NCBI GenBank assembly: GCA_965197725.1
Contig: CBDANQ010000061.1
Location: forward strand, 202,515 to 266,514
DNA from: Longimicrobiales bacterium
Lineage (GTDB): Bacteria > Gemmatimonadota > Gemmatimonadetes > Longimicrobiales > Gaopeijiaceae
DNA: 64,000 bases
Direction: 5' to 3'
The notes beneath the pieces are model-generated. The model was not told the DNA's origin and made no database searches. It saw only the letters and a list, made by a program, of their open reading frames with translations. This document shows positions 20,561 to 31,067 of this stretch, piece after piece (the first letter of the stretch is position 1; each line of letters opens with the position of its first letter). A program made the translations under genes and the position numbers.

Positions 20561-21561
20561 GACGCCTCCATCGAGGAGGGTCCAAGCGCCAGGGCGACCT
20601 CCTGAGCACTGTGCCTGACCATGTCCGAGCGGACCGCCTTCGCGGCTAGCGCGAGCGCGTTACGGATAGCCTTCGGAGTCGACTTTCCGTGGCAGATCAC
20701 CGAGACGCCTCCGACACCCAGGAGGGGTGCTCCCCCTGTCTCCGCGTAGTCGAGAACCCGGAACGTGCGATCGAGGTCGAGGCCGTCCTCGGCCTTCCCT
20801 TTTCGCTCCGCCTCGACCAGACCGATGATGAACTGCGCGACCGACTCATAGAACTTCAAGAGTACGTTCCCCACGAAACCGTCGCACACCACCACGTCAC
20901 AGACACCGTTGATGATGTCCCGCCCCTCGACGTTGCCCACGAAGTTGAGCCCCGCCTCTCGGCTCAAGAGTCGATGGGTTTCAGACGTGAGCTCGTCACC
21001 CTTGCCCGGCTCCTCTCCGATGTTCAGCAGCGCGATTCTCGGGTCCGACCGTCCCATCATGTCCTGGGCGTAGATGTTGCCGAGATGAGCGAACTGGACG
21101 AGGTGGTGGGGCTTGCAGTCGACGTTCGCACCCGCGTCGAGCAGGAGAACTGGGGCGCCGGATGACGGCAACGTCGTCGCGACCGAAGGACGATCCACGC
21201 CGGGCAGTGGACGCAGCGTGAAGAGCGACGTCGCCATGATCGCTCCGGTGGAGCCGGCGCTGACGAAGGCATGCCCCGCGCCGTCCCCGTGGAGCTTGAG
21301 CCCCACCACCAGCGAAGAATCGGGATTGCGGCGGATCACTTTCGAAGGCGACTCCTCCGGCGTGACCCGGTTCGGCGCGTGGTGGATCGATAGCCGATCG
21401 GGAATCTCGTCGTGCTGTCGGAACTCCGCCTCGATCGTCTCCCGATCGCCCACGAGAACGATCTCGACGTCGGAGTCGAGTTCCTTCAATGCCTCGAGTG
21501 CCCCCGCCACTTCAGACCGCGGGGCGTGATCGGTGCCCATGGCATCGAGGATGATCCGCAT
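20557..21561 (-). CDS. plsX: Phosphate acyltransferase PlsX
   Basis: LDAMGTD, SAGSTGA, LDAGAN, DGFVGN, GGAPLLG, HGKS. Confidence 0.95.
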   Translation of the reverse strand: MRIILDAMGTDHAPRSEVAGALEALKELDSDVEIVLVGDRETIEAEFRQHDEIPDRLSIHHAPNRVTPEESPSKVIRRNPDSSLVVGLKLHGDGAGHAFVSAGSTGAIMATSLFTLRPLPGVDRPSVATTLPSSGAPVLLLDAGANVDCKPHHLVQFAHLGNIYAQDMMGRSDPRIALLNIGEEPGKGDELTSETHRLLSREAGLNFVGNVEGRDIINGVCDVVVCDGFVGNVLLKFYESVAQFIIGLVEAERKGKAEDGLDLDRTFRVLDYAETGGAPLLGVGGVSVICHGKSTPKAIRNALALAAKAVRSDMVRHSAQEVALALGPSSMEAS

Positions 21562-21606
21562 GGGCTCTAGGACCGGAACCGCGACATCGCTCGGGAGACC
21601 CCCGAC

Positions 21607-21789
21607 CTAGTCGCTCTCGACTTCGAGAACCAGCTCCCCCCGATAATGTCCACAGTTGGGGCACACCCGATGCGGGACCTTGGGGTCACCACAGTTCGGG
21701 CAATCGTGGACGGTCACACCGTCGGCTTTGTAATGGGTGCGACGCTTCCGCTTGCGCTGTTTCGAGATCCGCTTTTTTGGAACGGCCAT
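21607..21789 (-). CDS. rpmF: 50S ribosomal protein L32 (Zn-ribbon form)
   Basis: [26 protein letters not shown]. Confidence 0.97.
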   Translation of the reverse strand: MAVPKKRISKQRKRKRRTHYKADGVTVHDCPNCGDPKVPHRVCPNCGHYRGELVLEVESD

Positions 21790-21796
21790 TACCGAT

Positions 21797-22306
21797 TCAC
21801 TTGTTCTTGAGCGCCCTGAGCGCCTCCCACCTGGGGTCGGCCTCCTCCACCGTGCACGTGCACGAATCGGTATTCCGATTCACGCCGCACGTCGGACACA
21901 GACCTCGGCAATCAGGATCACAAACGACGTATTGATCGACCGCGAGGATCAGCTCCTCGCGCACCGCGTTGCTCATATCAAACTCAGCACCCAGATCGAA
22001 CACGTGAGTGCCGTCGTCTTCTTCGAACCCCGGAGCGTCCGAGGATACGAAAACCAATGTTACAGCGTGTTCGAGACTGCTCTGCACGGGCTCGAGGCAG
22101 CGCCTGCACGCCCGCGCCAACGCTCCCTCGATGACACCTCGCACCACCACCTGTCCGGTGCCTGCATGCGAAGCCTTGAGCCGTATATCGACCGGGCCAG
22201 CCCACCCGATGCCGCTCTCATCCCAGAGTGGTGCAGTGGCAGGAAGTCGAGCCTCGACCAGGACGTAGTCCTCGCGTCCCAGGCGACCGAGATCGAGACT
22301 TAGCAT
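21797..22306 (-). CDS. yceD: YceD/DUF177 family protein
   Basis: [22 protein letters not shown]; directly upstream of rpmF. Confidence 0.9.
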   Translation of the reverse strand: MLSLDLGRLGREDYVLVEARLPATAPLWDESGIGWAGPVDIRLKASHAGTGQVVVRGVIEGALARACRRCLEPVQSSLEHAVTLVFVSSDAPGFEEDDGTHVFDLGAEFDMSNAVREELILAVDQYVVCDPDCRGLCPTCGVNRNTDSCTCTVEEADPRWEALRALKNK

Positions 22307-22344
22307 AACCCTGAAAGCTAGCCAGGGGCTGGGAGTTGTCCAGG

Positions 22345-22767
22345 CTACCCGAGGCCGAGTCGCTCGTGCCCGGAGAAGAAGAAAGCGATCTCGTTGGCGG
22401 CGTTCTCCTCGGAGTCGGAGGCGTGGATGGCGTTCCTGCCCCTCGACTCGGCGAAGAGCTTGCGCACCGTGCCCTCCGCGGCTTCGGCCGGGTCGGTGGC
22501 GCCAATCTCGTCGCGTAGCTTTGCCACCGCGTCGTCCGCCTCAAGCACCATCGGAATCACTGGGCCCGAGGTCATGAACTCGACCAGTTCATCATAGAAT
22601 GGTTGCCCCGCGTGAACGGCATAGAACGCACCCGCCTGGCCCCGGCCGAGCACGGTGAGCTTCAAGGAGGTCACCGCAAAGCCCGCGTTCTCCAGGTGCG
22701 CAAGAATCTTCCCAGCCTTCCCGGCATCGATGGCATCTGGTTTGATGATCGCCAGAGTTTGGCTCAT
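22345..22767 (-). CDS. ndk: Nucleoside diphosphate kinase
   Basis: TLAIIKPDA, FMTSGP, GATDP, RNAIHASDS. Confidence 0.96.
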   Translation of the reverse strand: MSQTLAIIKPDAIDAGKAGKILAHLENAGFAVTSLKLTVLGRGQAGAFYAVHAGQPFYDELVEFMTSGPVIPMVLEADDAVAKLRDEIGATDPAEAAEGTVRKLFAESRGRNAIHASDSEENAANEIAFFFSGHERLGLG

Positions 22768-22778
22768 GAGTCGGTTTC

Positions 22779-23201
22779 TTATTCGCTGTTCATTCGAATG
22801 ATACCCTCGTGGAGGGTGCGCAGAATCGTGTCGCGCGTGACAAAGCCGATGAACTCTCCGTCGCGCACCACCGGGAGTTGCTCGACGTCCCGGTTCACGA
22901 TCGTATTGGCTGCCTCGACCAGCGGCTGGTCCTCCGACACGCAAAGCACAGCACGCGTCATCACATCCCTGGCGAGCAACTCCTCCCGGTCGGGCGCGAC
23001 CGGGCGCTCGTTCAGCACGCGGTCCAGCGCGTCGCCCGAGGTGATGATCCCCAACACCTCGTACTGTTCACCGACGACGGGCACCGCGCGCACTTCACGC
23101 CGGACCATCAAGTCCACCACTTCAGCGAGCGGAGTATCCGGACAGACCCGGTACTGCGCCCGCTTCAGGGCATCTTCGACTAGCAGTGGTTGGTCTTCCA
23201 T
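22779..23201 (-). CDS. CBS domain pair protein (possibly 5'-truncated)
   Basis: Two CBS repeats (VPVVGE..LGIITSGD; LPVVRDG..GFVTRD). Confidence 0.8.
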   Translation of the reverse strand: MEDQPLLVEDALKRAQYRVCPDTPLAEVVDLMVRREVRAVPVVGEQYEVLGIITSGDALDRVLNERPVAPDREELLARDVMTRAVLCVSEDQPLVEAANTIVNRDVEQLPVVRDGEFIGFVTRDTILRTLHEGIIRMNSE

Positions 23202-23224
23202 GGCATCCCTGAGGCTGCGTGGGC

Positions 23225-23249
23225 CTAGTGTCCTGTCCCAGGACACTAG
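23225..23249. repeat. CTAG-flanked perfect 11-bp inverted repeat, possible IS footprint
   Basis: CTAGTGTCCTG-TCC-CAGGACACTAG overlapping the sucD stop codon. Confidence 0.6.
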
Positions 23250-24130
23250 TTCAGCGCGTCCTGGATCAACCCCACGAGGTCCGCAGGACGCTTTGCCACC
23301 GCGATCCCGTTTTCCTCGAAGGCCTTCATCTTCTCCTCCGCCGTGCCGGCCGAGCCGCTGATGATCGCACCGGCATGTCCCATTCGGCGTCCCGGGGGGG
23401 CCGTCTGGCCGGCGATGAATCCTACCACCGGCTTGCACATGTTGGCGCTGACATACGATGCAGCTTCCTGTTCGTCGGTGCCACCGATCTCCCCGAGCAT
23501 GACTACTCCCGTGGTTTCGGGGTCGGCCTCGAACGCCTCGAGGCAGTCGATGAAGTTCGTCCCGATGAGCGGATCTCCGCCGATACCCACACAGGTTGTC
23601 TGCCCCAGGCCCACGCTGGTGAGCTGGAAGACCGCCTCGTAGGTGAGCGTGCCGGATCGCGAGACGAGCCCGATCGGTCCCTCGGTGACGATCTGGCCGG
23701 GCAGGATGCCGACTTTCGACTGCCCGGGGGAGATCAGCCCAGGACAGTTCGGGCCGAGCACACGCACCCCCTTGTCGCGCGCGAATGCATGCGCTCTCGC
23801 CATATCGAGCACGGGCACGCCCTCGGTGATCGCGACGACGAGCGCGACGCCCGAATCGGCCGCTTCCAGGATCGCGCCCGCCGCGAACGCCGGGGGCACG
23901 TAGATCACCGAGGTGTTGGCGCCGGTCTGGGCGACCGCTTCGTCCATGGCGTTGAAGATCGGCACCGTCTCGCCGTCTGGGCCCTCGAAGGTCTGGCCAC
24001 CTTTACCCGGGGTTACGCCGGCGACGACCTCGGTGCCGTACTCCATCATTTGCAGCGTGTGGAAGGAGCCGTCCCGCCCGGTGATCCCTTGTACCACGAG
24101 CTTGGTGTCGTTGTCGATGAAGATCGACAT
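23246..24130 (-). CDS. sucD: Succinyl-CoA synthetase alpha subunit
   Basis: [29 protein letters not shown]. Confidence 0.97.
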   Translation of the reverse strand: MSIFIDNDTKLVVQGITGRDGSFHTLQMMEYGTEVVAGVTPGKGGQTFEGPDGETVPIFNAMDEAVAQTGANTSVIYVPPAFAAGAILEAADSGVALVVAITEGVPVLDMARAHAFARDKGVRVLGPNCPGLISPGQSKVGILPGQIVTEGPIGLVSRSGTLTYEAVFQLTSVGLGQTTCVGIGGDPLIGTNFIDCLEAFEADPETTGVVMLGEIGGTDEQEAASYVSANMCKPVVGFIAGQTAPPGRRMGHAGAIISGSAGTAEEKMKAFEENGIAVAKRPADLVGLIQDALN

Positions 24131-24133
24131 GGC

Positions 24134-25273
24134 TTACGCGCCGCCCGCTGCCAGCTCGACCGCTTTCTCTACGACCGCGTCCATCGACGTATAGGCGGAG
24201 AAACCCGCTTCCTCGAGGATCTCGAGCGCCAACTCTTCGTTGGTGCCGGTGAGACGGATCACGATCGGGGGCTTGACGTCGATGCACCCGGTCGCCTCTA
24301 CAATGCCCCTCGCAACGTCATCGCACCGGGTAATGCCGCCGAAAATGTTGAAGAGGATCGCCTTCACGTTCGCATCCGATGTGATGATCTCCAGCGCGGC
24401 GACGACTTTGTCGGGGTTGGACGAGCCTCCGATGTCCAGGAAGTTCGCAGGCTCGCCGCCGTAGTACTTCACCAGGTCCATCGTCGCCATCGCCAGTCCT
24501 GCCCCGTTGACGCAGCACCCGACATCCCCGTCGAGCTTCACGTACGAGAGGTCCGCCTCACGTGCCTTGATCTCCGACGCCGGTTCGGACGACATGTCCC
24601 GCATCGCTTCGACGTCGGGACGACGAAACAGCTCCGAGTCGTCGATGCTCATCTTGGCGTCGATCGCCTTGACCTCACCGGCAGACGTCGTGATGAGTGG
24701 GTTAATCTCGGCCATCGAGGCTCCCGAACTCACGAACGCGTCGTAGAGCTGCGCGATGATCTTACTCGCCTGCTTGATCAAGCTGGGATCGTCGTACAGG
24801 AAATTGGCAAGCCAAAACGCTTGGTGAGGGAGGATCCCATAGCGGGGATCAACCGTCAGCTTCCGAATCAGCTCAGGCGTCTCGGCGGCAACATGCTCGA
24901 TGTCCACGCCGCCTTCGGCGGAGACCATGAACGTCGCCGCTTGTTTCTTGCGGTCTACGAGCACGCCGACGTACGCCTCGGTGTCGATATTCTCGGCGGG
25001 CGACACCAGCACCTTTTCTACGGTGAGGCCCTTGATCTCCATTCCAAGGATAGCCGTGGCGTGTTCCTTCGCCTCGGCCGCGTCCTTGGCGAGCTTCACG
25101 CCGCCGGCCTTGCCCCGGCCGCCCGAGTGTACCTGCGCCTTCACCACGACCGTGCCGCCGTACTTGGCCGCGATCACTTTGGCCTCCTCGGGGGTCGTGG
25201 CGATCTCGCCCGGCGGAACCGCGATGCCAGCCGCGCGGAAGCGCTCCTTGGCCTGATATTCGTGGATGTCCAT
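24134..25273 (-). CDS. sucC: Succinyl-CoA synthetase beta subunit
   Basis: MDIHEYQAK, GGRGKAGGV, NGAGLAMATMD, NIFGGI. Confidence 0.97.
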   Translation of the reverse strand: MDIHEYQAKERFRAAGIAVPPGEIATTPEEAKVIAAKYGGTVVVKAQVHSGGRGKAGGVKLAKDAAEAKEHATAILGMEIKGLTVEKVLVSPAENIDTEAYVGVLVDRKKQAATFMVSAEGGVDIEHVAAETPELIRKLTVDPRYGILPHQAFWLANFLYDDPSLIKQASKIIAQLYDAFVSSGASMAEINPLITTSAGEVKAIDAKMSIDDSELFRRPDVEAMRDMSSEPASEIKAREADLSYVKLDGDVGCCVNGAGLAMATMDLVKYYGGEPANFLDIGGSSNPDKVVAALEIITSDANVKAILFNIFGGITRCDDVARGIVEATGCIDVKPPIVIRLTGTNEELALEILEEAGFSAYTSMDAVVEKAVELAAGGA

Positions 25274-25305
25274 AATGATTTGAAAAGGAGGAAACCTAGA
25301 AGCTA

Positions 25306-28077
25306 TTAGAAGGTCCCGCCCGACCCCAGGCGCTGAAGCAACGCGCGTAGCTCGTTCAATGCCTCGCCGTAAGCCTGCCAGTCCCCTGCCCGGGCGCTGC
25401 CCTCCGCCCGCTCGAGAAGAGCTAGTGCGGTCGAGGACCAAACCACCTCGCCGCCAGCCCGCGCGTCGAGCGTCGGCACCGCCGTATCCGTGCCGGGCGC
25501 CGGCACGGTGAGGCCGGCGAGCTCGCTGATCGCGCCGGCCAAGTCCTCGGTCATCGCTACGCGGACACCGTCACTGACCACGAATCGTCTGAGCTCCGGA
25601 ATCGCGTCCGCCTCGGCGGCGAGGAAGACGGGCTCCATGTACAGGATCCGGTTCCCCGCCGAAACGAGGTGAAGGTGTCCCGTCCAGACCTCGCTTCCCC
25701 CCGTTCGCCAAAGTGAGAACTGCTGCGAAATCTGCGGATCCTGTTCGACCAGGGCCTCGATCTGACGGGGCCCGGGCACCTGGTCCGTTACCGGCACATC
25801 GTAGAGGATCAACTCGGGCACCCCACGCTCATCCGTGCGAGCGGCGAGGATCGCGGTGAGGTTCTGTCGGTCCCTCGGTACGAACACCGTCGTCAAGTGG
25901 AAGCGTGCCTCACTTTCGCCCGGCAGCGCGTAGAGGCCGAACTCGGGCTGGTATGCGACCGGGGACGGGCCCTCTGCGAGCTCCTGCGGGGAATCCCAGA
26001 CATCCTGCTGGCCGTGGAACGCCGGCGCCGTCTCCTGGTGGTACTGGAGGAGAACACGACTCTGCAGGTCCAGCATGGCTCTGGAATAGCGGACGTGGGC
26101 CCGGACCTCGTCCGGCATCTCTTCCAGAGGCTGAAGTAACCCGGGAAACGCACGCTCGTACGCGTCGAGTAGTGGGTCGTCGATCGGTACGCGGTAGAAG
26201 TCCACCTCGCCGGTTACCGCGTCCACGGTGACCTTCACCGAGTTGCGTGCGTACCTCACCCGCGATCGGATCGTGCCGAATTGCTGCACCGTCGAGAGCG
26301 GGAAGGCACCGGTCGCGGTGAAGCCCTCGAGAATCCACACGACCCGCCCGTCCACAACGACCGGGTAGGGTGTCTCCGGGAACCGGAAGAACGGTGCGAT
26401 CGCGCGCACTCGCTCGGTGACTTGGCGTCGGTAGATGAAGCGACTGTCATCCGTGAGCTCGGACGAGAAGATGAGGTTCAGTTCGCCGAACCGCCAAGCG
26501 ATCAGCGCGGTTCGCAGCCACCCGGCGAGCTCGATCCCAGCCGGAAAGTCCGTACCCGGTACGCCTGGCTCCCCGTTCGGGGCGAGGAACTGGCCGCTGC
26601 CGCCATCGACGACTGCATATTCCTGAGCCCGCGTCCCGAAGAACACCTCCGAGCGAGCGAGGCTGAGAGCGGGAACCGCCAGCGGGTCGGACGCCGACTC
26701 CGGCGGGATGCCCGAGACGAGCATCGGCGGGCGCCCCTCCGGAGTTTTCTGGCTCGCGAGGCTCGCGACCACGCCCATCCCTTCCACATAGAGCTCGCGC
26801 AGATGCATGTTCTGCCAATTACGATCCTGAATCCCGCGCGGCTCAACCTCCCGAACCGACATCGCAACCGCTACCGGTCCGTCCGCGGTCTCGTAGCGGT
26901 CGATCGTGACGTCCCGAAAGTCGTAGTAGGGGTAGCGAGCCTCGAGCTCGCGGTAGGTCGCGAGCAACGGGCCCCTGTTCCAAACCGGCAACCCCGCGAA
27001 CTGCCGTGCCGCGGTCGACCAATCGATCTCTTCGTCCTGCGCATACTCGAAGGGACGCCGCTCCATCTGGTCCAGAGCGAAGCCCATTCGTGTGAATTCG
27101 AGATTGTTTTCGATGAACGGCGTCTCCCGCTCCAGTTCATTGGGCTCGACCCGCAGCGACTGGATCAGGCCGGGGTAGAGCTGCCCGATCATGAGCATCG
27201 CGAGCACCACCGCAATGAGCGCGCTCACGATCGCCGCGCCTCGGTTCTTCCAGGCTCCCCAGAACGCTGCCACACCCGAAACGACGCAGATAATCGTGAG
27301 CGTCTGCAGTGCCGGCAGCCTCGCCTCGGCGTCCGCGAACCCGAAAATCCCACGCACATCGGAGGTGCCGTCGAGGATGAGCTGGTACCGGCTCAGCCAG
27401 AGCCGGGCGCCCAGCAGAATCAGGAACACCCCGAGAAGCGCTCCGAGGTGCAGGCGCGCAAGGTCCTGGGCTTCCACGCGGCCGCCGCCCCAGCGCAACG
27501 CTCCGGTGGCCGCGTATCCCGCCGTCGCGAGCGTGAATACGAGGAAGGCAACGACCAACGCATAGACGACGAGCTGCAGGAGCGCCGGGACCCAGAAGAC
27601 GTAGAAGCCAACATCGTGGTTCAGCATCGGTTCGGCGATGCCCCACGCTTCCGCGTGGCGGATCAAAAGCATCTGCAAGCCCAAATTCTGAGGTATGGAT
27701 CCGCCGAACCAAAGCGCGAGCAGCGCCGAAGTACCTGCCATGCCCCAGAGCACGTAGCTCTTCGGCAACTGCTCCGAGATCTCGAGATTCCCGAAACGAC
27801 GTTTGATCTGAATGCCGCTCAGCGTCTCGGACACGATGCGCAAGTTCAGGAATACGAGGGCCCCAACCGCGATACCGGCCACGACTCGCACACTCGATTG
27901 CCACAGCACGCGTAGCCAGAACACGTCGCTGTACCCGCTCTGCGCATGCCAGAGGATCTCGACGTACATCGTGGACGCGAGCCGTCCAAGGCCCACTACG
28001 ACGGCCACCACCACGGCAATCGTGACCAGGGCGCGTCCCCCTCGAAGGGTGGGCATCGGTGTGCCGTTGCTCGACAT
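25306..28077 (-). CDS. UPF0182 family membrane protein
   Basis: Several N-terminal TM helices; VEPNELERE, IDRY, RNSVKVTVDAVTG and LYMEPVFL motifs. Confidence 0.85.
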   Translation of the reverse strand: MSSNGTPMPTLRGGRALVTIAVVVAVVVGLGRLASTMYVEILWHAQSGYSDVFWLRVLWQSSVRVVAGIAVGALVFLNLRIVSETLSGIQIKRRFGNLEISEQLPKSYVLWGMAGTSALLALWFGGSIPQNLGLQMLLIRHAEAWGIAEPMLNHDVGFYVFWVPALLQLVVYALVVAFLVFTLATAGYAATGALRWGGGRVEAQDLARLHLGALLGVFLILLGARLWLSRYQLILDGTSDVRGIFGFADAEARLPALQTLTIICVVSGVAAFWGAWKNRGAAIVSALIAVVLAMLMIGQLYPGLIQSLRVEPNELERETPFIENNLEFTRMGFALDQMERRPFEYAQDEEIDWSTAARQFAGLPVWNRGPLLATYRELEARYPYYDFRDVTIDRYETADGPVAVAMSVREVEPRGIQDRNWQNMHLRELYVEGMGVVASLASQKTPEGRPPMLVSGIPPESASDPLAVPALSLARSEVFFGTRAQEYAVVDGGSGQFLAPNGEPGVPGTDFPAGIELAGWLRTALIAWRFGELNLIFSSELTDDSRFIYRRQVTERVRAIAPFFRFPETPYPVVVDGRVVWILEGFTATGAFPLSTVQQFGTIRSRVRYARNSVKVTVDAVTGEVDFYRVPIDDPLLDAYERAFPGLLQPLEEMPDEVRAHVRYSRAMLDLQSRVLLQYHQETAPAFHGQQDVWDSPQELAEGPSPVAYQPEFGLYALPGESEARFHLTTVFVPRDRQNLTAILAARTDERGVPELILYDVPVTDQVPGPRQIEALVEQDPQISQQFSLWRTGGSEVWTGHLHLVSAGNRILYMEPVFLAAEADAIPELRRFVVSDGVRVAMTEDLAGAISELAGLTVPAPGTDTAVPTLDARAGGEVVWSSTALALLERAEGSARAGDWQAYGEALNELRALLQRLGSGGTF

Positions 28078-28090
28078 CGGCGCTTACACG

Positions 28091-29464
28091 CTACGCGAAC
28101 GGAACACCGTTCTCGGTGAGCCAGTCCGCGATGTGCGCCCGAATCTCCGCAAGACGCGGCTCGGTGCGCGCCTCGAAGCGCGCGACGATGACCGGCTGCG
28201 TGTTGGAGGCCCGCAGGAGCGCCCATCCGTCTCCGAAGAGCACGCGCACGCCGTCGACCTCGATGATGTCATGTGTCGTCCTGAAGTGCGATACGGCGTC
28301 TGCTACCACGGCCCACTTCTGTTCCTCCGTCACGTCGATCCGAATTTCGGCCGTCGATACGTACACCGGAAAATCGGAAACCATCTCCGACAGGGACCTG
28401 CCGGATCGGCTCACGAGCTCGATGAGACGGCACGCGTCGTACGGCGCGTCGTCGAAGCCGAGGTAGTTGTCAGCGATCATGATATGCCCCGACAACTCAC
28501 CCGCAACAAGTGCACCGGTCTCCTTCATCCGCTCCTTGATGAGCGAATGGCCTGTCTGCCACATGATCGGCTCTCCGCCGGCGGCCTCGAAAACCTCCGG
28601 GAGCGCCTGACTGCACTTCACGTCGAAAACGAGCTTCTGGCCGGGGCCGTGCTTGTCGAGCACATCGAGTCCGTACAGCAGCAGCAGCGTGTCCCCGCGA
28701 ATGACGTCACCATTCTCGTCGACGGCCCCGATGCGGTCGGCGTCGCCATCGAAGGCCACCCCCATGTCGTGCGGCATGTCACGCACCGCTCGGATGAGGT
28801 CCTCCAGGTTTGCGTCGACCGCCGGATCGGGATGGTGGTTGGGGAACGTCGGGTCGGAGTCGCAGAAGAGTGCAGTCACCTCGACACCGATCGCCTCGAG
28901 CAACTGAACCGCGACCAGCGAGCCGGTCCCGTTGCCGCAGTCCACCGCGACCTTCATGGGACGTGCGAGCTGGAAGCGTCGTGCGACATCCACCACGTAC
29001 TGGTCAATGACGTCGAGTTGTTCCTCCGCGCCCTGTCCGGACTCGAAGTCGCCTTCCTTGATGCGCCGGAAGAGGTCCTGGATCGTATCCCCGTACAGGG
29101 CCCCCCCGCCGAGCGTCATCTTGATGCCGTTCCACTCAGGCGGGTTGTGCGACCCCGTGACCTGTACCGCACCGTCGGTCTCGAGGGTCACCTCGGACCA
29201 GTAGAGAACGGGCGTCGGCACCGTACCCACATCGAGCACATGGCAGCCCGTGGAGAGCAGGCCGCGGATGAGACCTCCGACGAGCTCGGGAGACGTGAGC
29301 CGATTGTCGTGGCCTACCGCGACTCTCGGCGCCTCGAGCCCGGTCGCCACCCTCATGTGGGAGCCGAACGCTCGGCCCACCAGCTCCGTTACATCGGCAT
29401 CGAAATCCTCTCCCACGATGCCGCGGATGTCATACTGCCGAAAGATCTGGTCCGAGAGAGCCAT
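28091..29464 (-). CDS. Phosphomannomutase/phosphoglucomutase
   Basis: IFRQYDIRG, TGSHNP, DGDADR, GELSGH, LRASNT. Confidence 0.94.
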   Translation of the reverse strand: MALSDQIFRQYDIRGIVGEDFDADVTELVGRAFGSHMRVATGLEAPRVAVGHDNRLTSPELVGGLIRGLLSTGCHVLDVGTVPTPVLYWSEVTLETDGAVQVTGSHNPPEWNGIKMTLGGGALYGDTIQDLFRRIKEGDFESGQGAEEQLDVIDQYVVDVARRFQLARPMKVAVDCGNGTGSLVAVQLLEAIGVEVTALFCDSDPTFPNHHPDPAVDANLEDLIRAVRDMPHDMGVAFDGDADRIGAVDENGDVIRGDTLLLLYGLDVLDKHGPGQKLVFDVKCSQALPEVFEAAGGEPIMWQTGHSLIKERMKETGALVAGELSGHIMIADNYLGFDDAPYDACRLIELVSRSGRSLSEMVSDFPVYVSTAEIRIDVTEEQKWAVVADAVSHFRTTHDIIEVDGVRVLFGDGWALLRASNTQPVIVARFEARTEPRLAEIRAHIADWLTENGVPFA

Positions 29465-29467
29465 ATC

Positions 29468-29498
29468 GTGGTCTGCTAGTGGTCTGCTAGTGGTCTGC
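29468..29498. repeat. 11-bp tandem repeat, about 2.8 copies (GTGGTCTGCTA)
   Basis: gtggtctgcta gtggtctgcta gtggtctgc between nuoN stop and PMM start. Confidence 0.85.
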
Positions 29499-29515
29499 CG
29501 CACAGGCTATCCCTA

Positions 29516-31051
29516 CTACGGCGCGATCCCGAGCATCCCATCCCCGATCGCTCCCAGCCCCTGCACGCTCTCGCGCGCGAACTCGAGCGCCGCACCAGGG
29601 AAGATGCCCGTGTACAGGATGAGCCCAACGCTGACGAGCAGCGCAATACGCATAGGGAACGGCGTGATGACGAGATCGTGCTGGCCCTCACCGGTCGCGT
29701 TCTTCATCCACATGACCCACGCGACGCGCAGGTAGTACCAGTACGACGCCACGGTCGTGAGGACGAGGATGACCGAGAGCACCCACAGCTCGGAGTCGGC
29801 AGCGCCCTGAAGCAGATAGATCTTGCCCACGAAGCCTCCCGTGCCCGGGAAGCCCGCGAGCGAGAGCAGGAAGATCGTCAGGAAGACGCCCAGCGTCGGG
29901 TTCGCCCAGCCGAAGCCGGCGTAGTCGTCAACGTACAGGCGCTCTTCAGACTGGTGCGCCACACTGATCACGATCGCGAACGCGCCGATGTTCATGAGCG
30001 TGTACACGAGCAGGTAGAAGAGCATGCCGGCCGCGGCGCTCTCGTTCGCCGCGGTCACGGCGACGAGAAGATACCCCCCATGCGCGATACTCGAGTACGC
30101 GAGCATCCGCTTCACGTTCGTTTGCACGAGAGCGATGAGGTTCGCCGAGACCATGGTGATCGCGGCGAGCCACCACAGGATCGGGAACCAGGTGGCGTAC
30201 GCATCGTCGAAGGCGACCAGGAAGACGCGCAGGAATGCTACGAAGGCGGCCGCCTTTACCACCGCGGACATGAACGCGGTCACCGGCGCCGGCGCACCCT
30301 CATACACGTCGGGCGTCCACATGTGGAAGGGAACGGCCGAGACCTTGAACGAGAAGCCGATCGCCACGAGCGCAATGGCGATAGCCAAGAGGCCGGGCGC
30401 GGCAGCGCCGCTCGCGACGCTCGCCCCCATGACCGCGACGTTCGTACTGCCCGTGGCGCCGTAGGTGAGCGCGATGCCATAGAGGAAGAAGCCCGTGGCG
30501 AACGCACCGAGCAGGAAGTACTTGAGGCCGGCCTCGGCGGACTTGCGATCGCGGCGGTTGAAGGCGGTGAGCGCGTACACGGCGATCGACATGACCTCGA
30601 GCCCGAGGAACATGACGATCAGGTCGCGCGTGCCCGCCATGAACATCGCGCCGGCCGTTGCGAACAGAATCAGCGCGTAGAACTCACCCGCCTGGAGCCG
30701 CTGGCGATACACGTAGGTGAACGAAATCAGAATGGTGAGCGCGGCGGCGAGCAGGAAGATCCAGTTGGCGAAGAGCCGGAAACGATCCAGTGCGATCATG
30801 GAGTCCTGCCCGACCTCCGTGATGCCATAGAGCCACCCGTTCGCGCCGGCCGCCGCAAGCACACCGACCAGGGAGAGCCATCCAAGGTCGGCCATGGTTC
30901 CGAAGCTCGGGTCACCCGAGGGCGCCTTGTCGGCATCCTTGTACTTGCCCGAAACGCCGGCGACGAGAACCACCATGCCGAACGTGCACAGCACGATCTC
31001 GGGCAGGAGCGCCCAGAAGAAGTGGAGCTGCCGGCTGAAGTCGAGTTCCAT
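29516..31051 (-). CDS. nuoN: NADH-quinone oxidoreductase subunit N
   Basis: SAEAGLKYFLLG, FKVSAVPFHMWTPDVYEGAP, KRMLAYSSIAH. Confidence 0.96.
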   Translation of the reverse strand: MELDFSRQLHFFWALLPEIVLCTFGMVVLVAGVSGKYKDADKAPSGDPSFGTMADLGWLSLVGVLAAAGANGWLYGITEVGQDSMIALDRFRLFANWIFLLAAALTILISFTYVYRQRLQAGEFYALILFATAGAMFMAGTRDLIVMFLGLEVMSIAVYALTAFNRRDRKSAEAGLKYFLLGAFATGFFLYGIALTYGATGSTNVAVMGASVASGAAAPGLLAIAIALVAIGFSFKVSAVPFHMWTPDVYEGAPAPVTAFMSAVVKAAAFVAFLRVFLVAFDDAYATWFPILWWLAAITMVSANLIALVQTNVKRMLAYSSIAHGGYLLVAVTAANESAAAGMLFYLLVYTLMNIGAFAIVISVAHQSEERLYVDDYAGFGWANPTLGVFLTIFLLSLAGFPGTGGFVGKIYLLQGAADSELWVLSVILVLTTVASYWYYLRVAWVMWMKNATGEGQHDLVITPFPMRIALLVSVGLILYTGIFPGAALEFARESVQGLGAIGDGMLGIAP

Positions 31052-31067
31052 GAGCCTTTTCGTAAGC

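Noticed and set aside
23219..29479. Long plus-strand ORFs (696, 544 and 555 aa) and similar ones such as 1827..3116 and 29678..31204
   Set aside because: Antisense to well-supported genes; expected in high-GC DNA; no recognisable motifs
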